64,000 nt of DNA, taken from NCBI RefSeq assembly GCF_006345805.1, contig NC_043015.1, positions 49,290,001 through 49,354,000 on the forward strand, given 5' to 3'. The DNA is from Octopus sinensis. Its lineage: Eukaryota. Made by a program: the position numbers and the translations under genes. Below are positions 60,648 through 64,000 of the stretch, in pieces (position 1 is the first letter of the stretch; every line of letters starts with the position of its first letter). The notes under the pieces were generated by a model, which was not told where the DNA came from, did no database searches, and saw nothing but the letters and a program-made list of their open reading frames with translations.

Positions 60648-60878
60648 GGCGGCGAGCTGGAAGAACTGTTAGCACGCCAGACGAAATGCGTAGCCGTATT
60701 TCGTCTGCTGTTATGTTCTGAGTTCAAATTCCGCCGTGGTCGACTTTGCCTTTCATCTTTCGGGGTCGATAAATTAAGTACCAGTTACGCACTGGGGTCG
60801 ATGTAATCGACTTTATCCCTTTGTCTGTCCTTGTTTGTCCCCTCTGTGTTTAGCCCCTTGTGGGTAGTAAAGAAATAT
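60648..60878 (+). mobile_element. SINE-A, full length
   Basis: Consensus match. Confidence 0.9.
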
Positions 60879-61424
60879 ATATAAGCCTGTACAGGGTGTG
60901 GAGATGGTGGGGTGTGGTAGCAAACTCAAAGACCACCCCTGGTGTCATACATACAGATTAACTAAGCCACTGGGTACCTATTTTAAAATCAAGAATTCTG
61001 TCCTTCTTTGAGTCTTTTTGTGCATGGATTCAGATGATTTCATAGATTATACACTTTCTGATTGGATGAGATGACAAACTCACTTACTGCCACCCTATCA
61101 GTCATGATGACGAGGGTTCAAGTTGATCCAGGCAAGGGAACAGCTTGCTCGGAAAATAATGTGCAAGTGACCGAGCACTCCACAGACATGCGTACCCTTA
61201 ATGTGACTCACAGGGAGATTCAGTGTGGCACAGAGTGTGACAAGGCTGACCCTTCTAATTACAGGTACTACTCATTTTTGCCAGCTGAGTGGACTGGAGC
61301 AACATGAAATAAAAAGTCTTGCTCAAGAATACAATGCATCACCAGGAACTGATCTCATGATGTTATGATCGTGAGCTGGATATCCCAACCTTAACCATGA
61401 AGCCATGCAACTTCACAAGATGAC

Positions 61425-61665
61425 AAGTACTTGTTTCAGTTATTTGACTGTGGCCATGCTGGAGCACTGCAAACAGACACACACACATATACACATATAT
61501 ACGACAAGCTTCTTTCAGTTTCTGTCTACCAAATCCACTCACAAGGCTTTGGTCGGCACGAGGCTATAGTAGAAGACACTTGCCCAAGGTGCCATGTACT
61601 GGGACTGAACCTGGAACCATGTATTTGGTAAGCAAGCTACTTACCACATAGCCACTCCTACACAT
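61425..61665 (-). mobile_element. SINE-B with internal deletion
   Basis: Tail joined to the (CA)n and head. Confidence 0.8.
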
Positions 61666-61689
61666 GTGTATATATATATACACACACAC

Positions 61690-61734
<45 letters not shown>

Positions 61735-61750
61735 TATATACATACACACA

Positions 61751-61784
<34 letters not shown>

Positions 61785-61874
61785 ACCAAGAAAAAAGCAA
61801 CAAGAATGGATCCATTCTTGTTTTTTTCTTGGTTATAATCACCCCACATAATTTTATGGTAAATACCATAAAAA

Positions 61875-62021
61875 TTCTGGTGCATCTAAGTTAAGTACCA
61901 TATTCATTTGAATCTTAATTGTTTTGCTGAAATTATATATATATATATATATATATAGATGTTATATATATATATGTATATATATATGTTAATAATATAT
62001 ATGTATATATAATATTATATC

Positions 62022-62057
<36 letters not shown>

Positions 62058-62274
62058 GTGTGTGTGTATATATAATATAATGTTGTATATATATATATAT
62101 TATATATATATATATATATGTGTGTATATATAATATATATGTGTATATATATATATTGTGTTATATATATATATATAATATATGTGTATATAATATATAT
62201 ATATATATATGTGTATATATATATATATATGTGTATATATATATATAATATATATGTGTATTATATATATATAT

Positions 62275-62323
<49 letters not shown>

Positions 62324-62422
62324 ATATATATATATATATAGATATATATATATATAGTGTTTTATAATATCTATATATATATAATAGTGTTATATATATA
62401 TATATTGTGTATATCTATATAT

Positions 62423-62462
<40 letters not shown>

Positions 62463-62475
62463 TATATATGTAGAA
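61875..62475. repeat. (TA)n-rich microsatellite
   Basis: Direct reading. Confidence 0.95.
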
Positions 62476-63001
62476 TATAAATAATGATGACAATGATGGC
62501 GATGCTGATGATGCTACCATTGCTACTCATTATCTCAACCAACTTCTTGCTTCTTGCAGTCAATAAAAGTCTGAAATGGCCCATTCCAGACATCTTATAA
62601 TGGGAAGATCTTATGATAGGAATCAGAGCAAATTTTATAACACCAGTCTCTAGTCATCGTATCATTTAAAATGCTTCTGAACCAAACCCTTTTGGTTAGA
62701 CTAAAACATCAACAGAATGAACCAATCAAAACATTCACAAAATCACACGTGCGTGGGTTGTATTGACATACATAACAAACGCAAATATGAGTTAATGCAT
62801 AGTGTAACATCATAATTATCTAAATGATTAGATAACAAATACCATAACATTATAGTTATCTAAAATAGGAGTTGACGTACTAAAATATCTTAATTGTTGC
62901 AAATGTTTGTTAGCACACATATTAAACTCCTAGTTCAACCATTCTGTGACTGACCTGCTTAAGTCTGCATTTGCTTCTATGATATAAACCTCATATTTTA
63001 A

Positions 63002-63470
63002 CCCTTTCGTTACTGTATTTATTTTGAGATGTTCTCTGTTTCTTTCAATAATTTTAATTATAACAAAGAATTTAGTAAAATAACTTAGTTATCGTTAACC
63101 TAGTGTTAGGAACATAAATTGTGACTAAGGTTTGGTGGAAGATTTTGATTCAAAACTTATGAAAACAAGACATTTGTACTCAGAGCCAGATCCAGTTTCA
63201 GCCAGGTTGGTATTGAAAGGGTTAAGAATTGTTTCTCTATTATATATTTTAACTATTTTGTTACCATATTTCTGTTGAGATGCTCTGTTTCTTTCAATTA
63301 CTTTAAATATAACAAAATATTTAGTAAAATAACTTAGTTGTCATTCAGCTAGTGTTAGGAACATAAATTGTGACTAAGGTTTGGTGGAAGATTTTGATTC
63401 AAAACTTATGAAAACAAGACATTTGTACTCAGAGCCAGATCCAGTTTCAGCCGAGTTGGTAACGAAAGGG
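63002..63470. mobile_element. Two adjacent copies of TTAA MITE family 1 (63002-63221 and 63253-63470)
   Basis: Each is bounded by TTAA and ends in AAAGGG; homologous to 18424-18645. Confidence 0.87.
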
Positions 63471-63789
63471 TTAAAGTAGTTTAAATGGAAATCTTCCATC
63501 AAATTTACATCTCAGTTTATGTTCCAATCACCAGTCTCGAATGAATGATTTATTAAAATAACTGAATTATTCATTCTTTTTAAAGTCAATAGTCAAAACA
63601 AGGCAGTGTACTTTAACAGAAATACGAAAGATACAGGATTAAGGCTTGTGTTAACACTCATAGACAAGCTTATCTTTGTTGTCCCCTCGTGGGAAATAAA
63701 AAAAATCACTCATAGACAATCTTACAAAAAAAAAAAAAACCAAAGACAACACAGCATCAATGATTTTCAGAAATACATTTTTCTGGTCA

Positions 63790-64000
63790 GTGACGAGCTG
63801 GCAGAATCGTTAGCATGCCAGGTGAAATGCTATGCAGTATTTAATCTGCTGTTATATTCTGAGTTCAAATTCCGCCGAGGTCGACTTTGCCTTTCATCCT
63901 TTCGGGGTCGATTAAATAAGTACCAGTTACACACTGGGGTCGATATAATCGACTTAATCCCTTTGTTTGTCCTTGTTTGTCCCCTCTATGTTTAGCCCCT
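63790..64000 (+). mobile_element. SINE-A running off the window edge
   Basis: Consensus match. Confidence 0.88.

Overview
AT-rich, repeat-dense animal genomic DNA. The SINE, LINE and microsatellite landscape looks like an Octopus genome; that is recognition, not a database result. The only host gene is a minus-strand SLC9A-type Na+/H+ exchanger that the ORF track largely misses. I reconstructed nine GT-AG exons (31937 to 875; 235+46+42+72+82+28+113+76+71 = 765 nt, 255 codons) with fully consistent phases, running from an N-terminal hydrophobic leader through LLPPIILE, AVDPVA and FGESLLND; the gene continues left of the window. The introns and upstream 32 kb hold tRNA-derived SINEs, RTE 3' ends, a CR1/L2-type fragment, a near-complete frameshifted R4/Dong-type retrotransposon, two Penelope-like (GIY-YIG) elements, Helitrons, TTAA MITEs and long microsatellites. 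The most notable observation is a small tRNA-headed element (three copies with the full motif, two partial). It carries a 46-nt minimal type I hammerhead ribozyme motif and, in two copies, an inverted copy of its own 3' tail. This matches the architecture of the 4-kb fold-back Penelope copy in the same intron, suggesting a hammerhead-bearing SINE mobilised by Penelope-like elements. Ribozyme activity and novelty are untested. Repeat boundaries are approximate unless a TSD or terminus is quoted.
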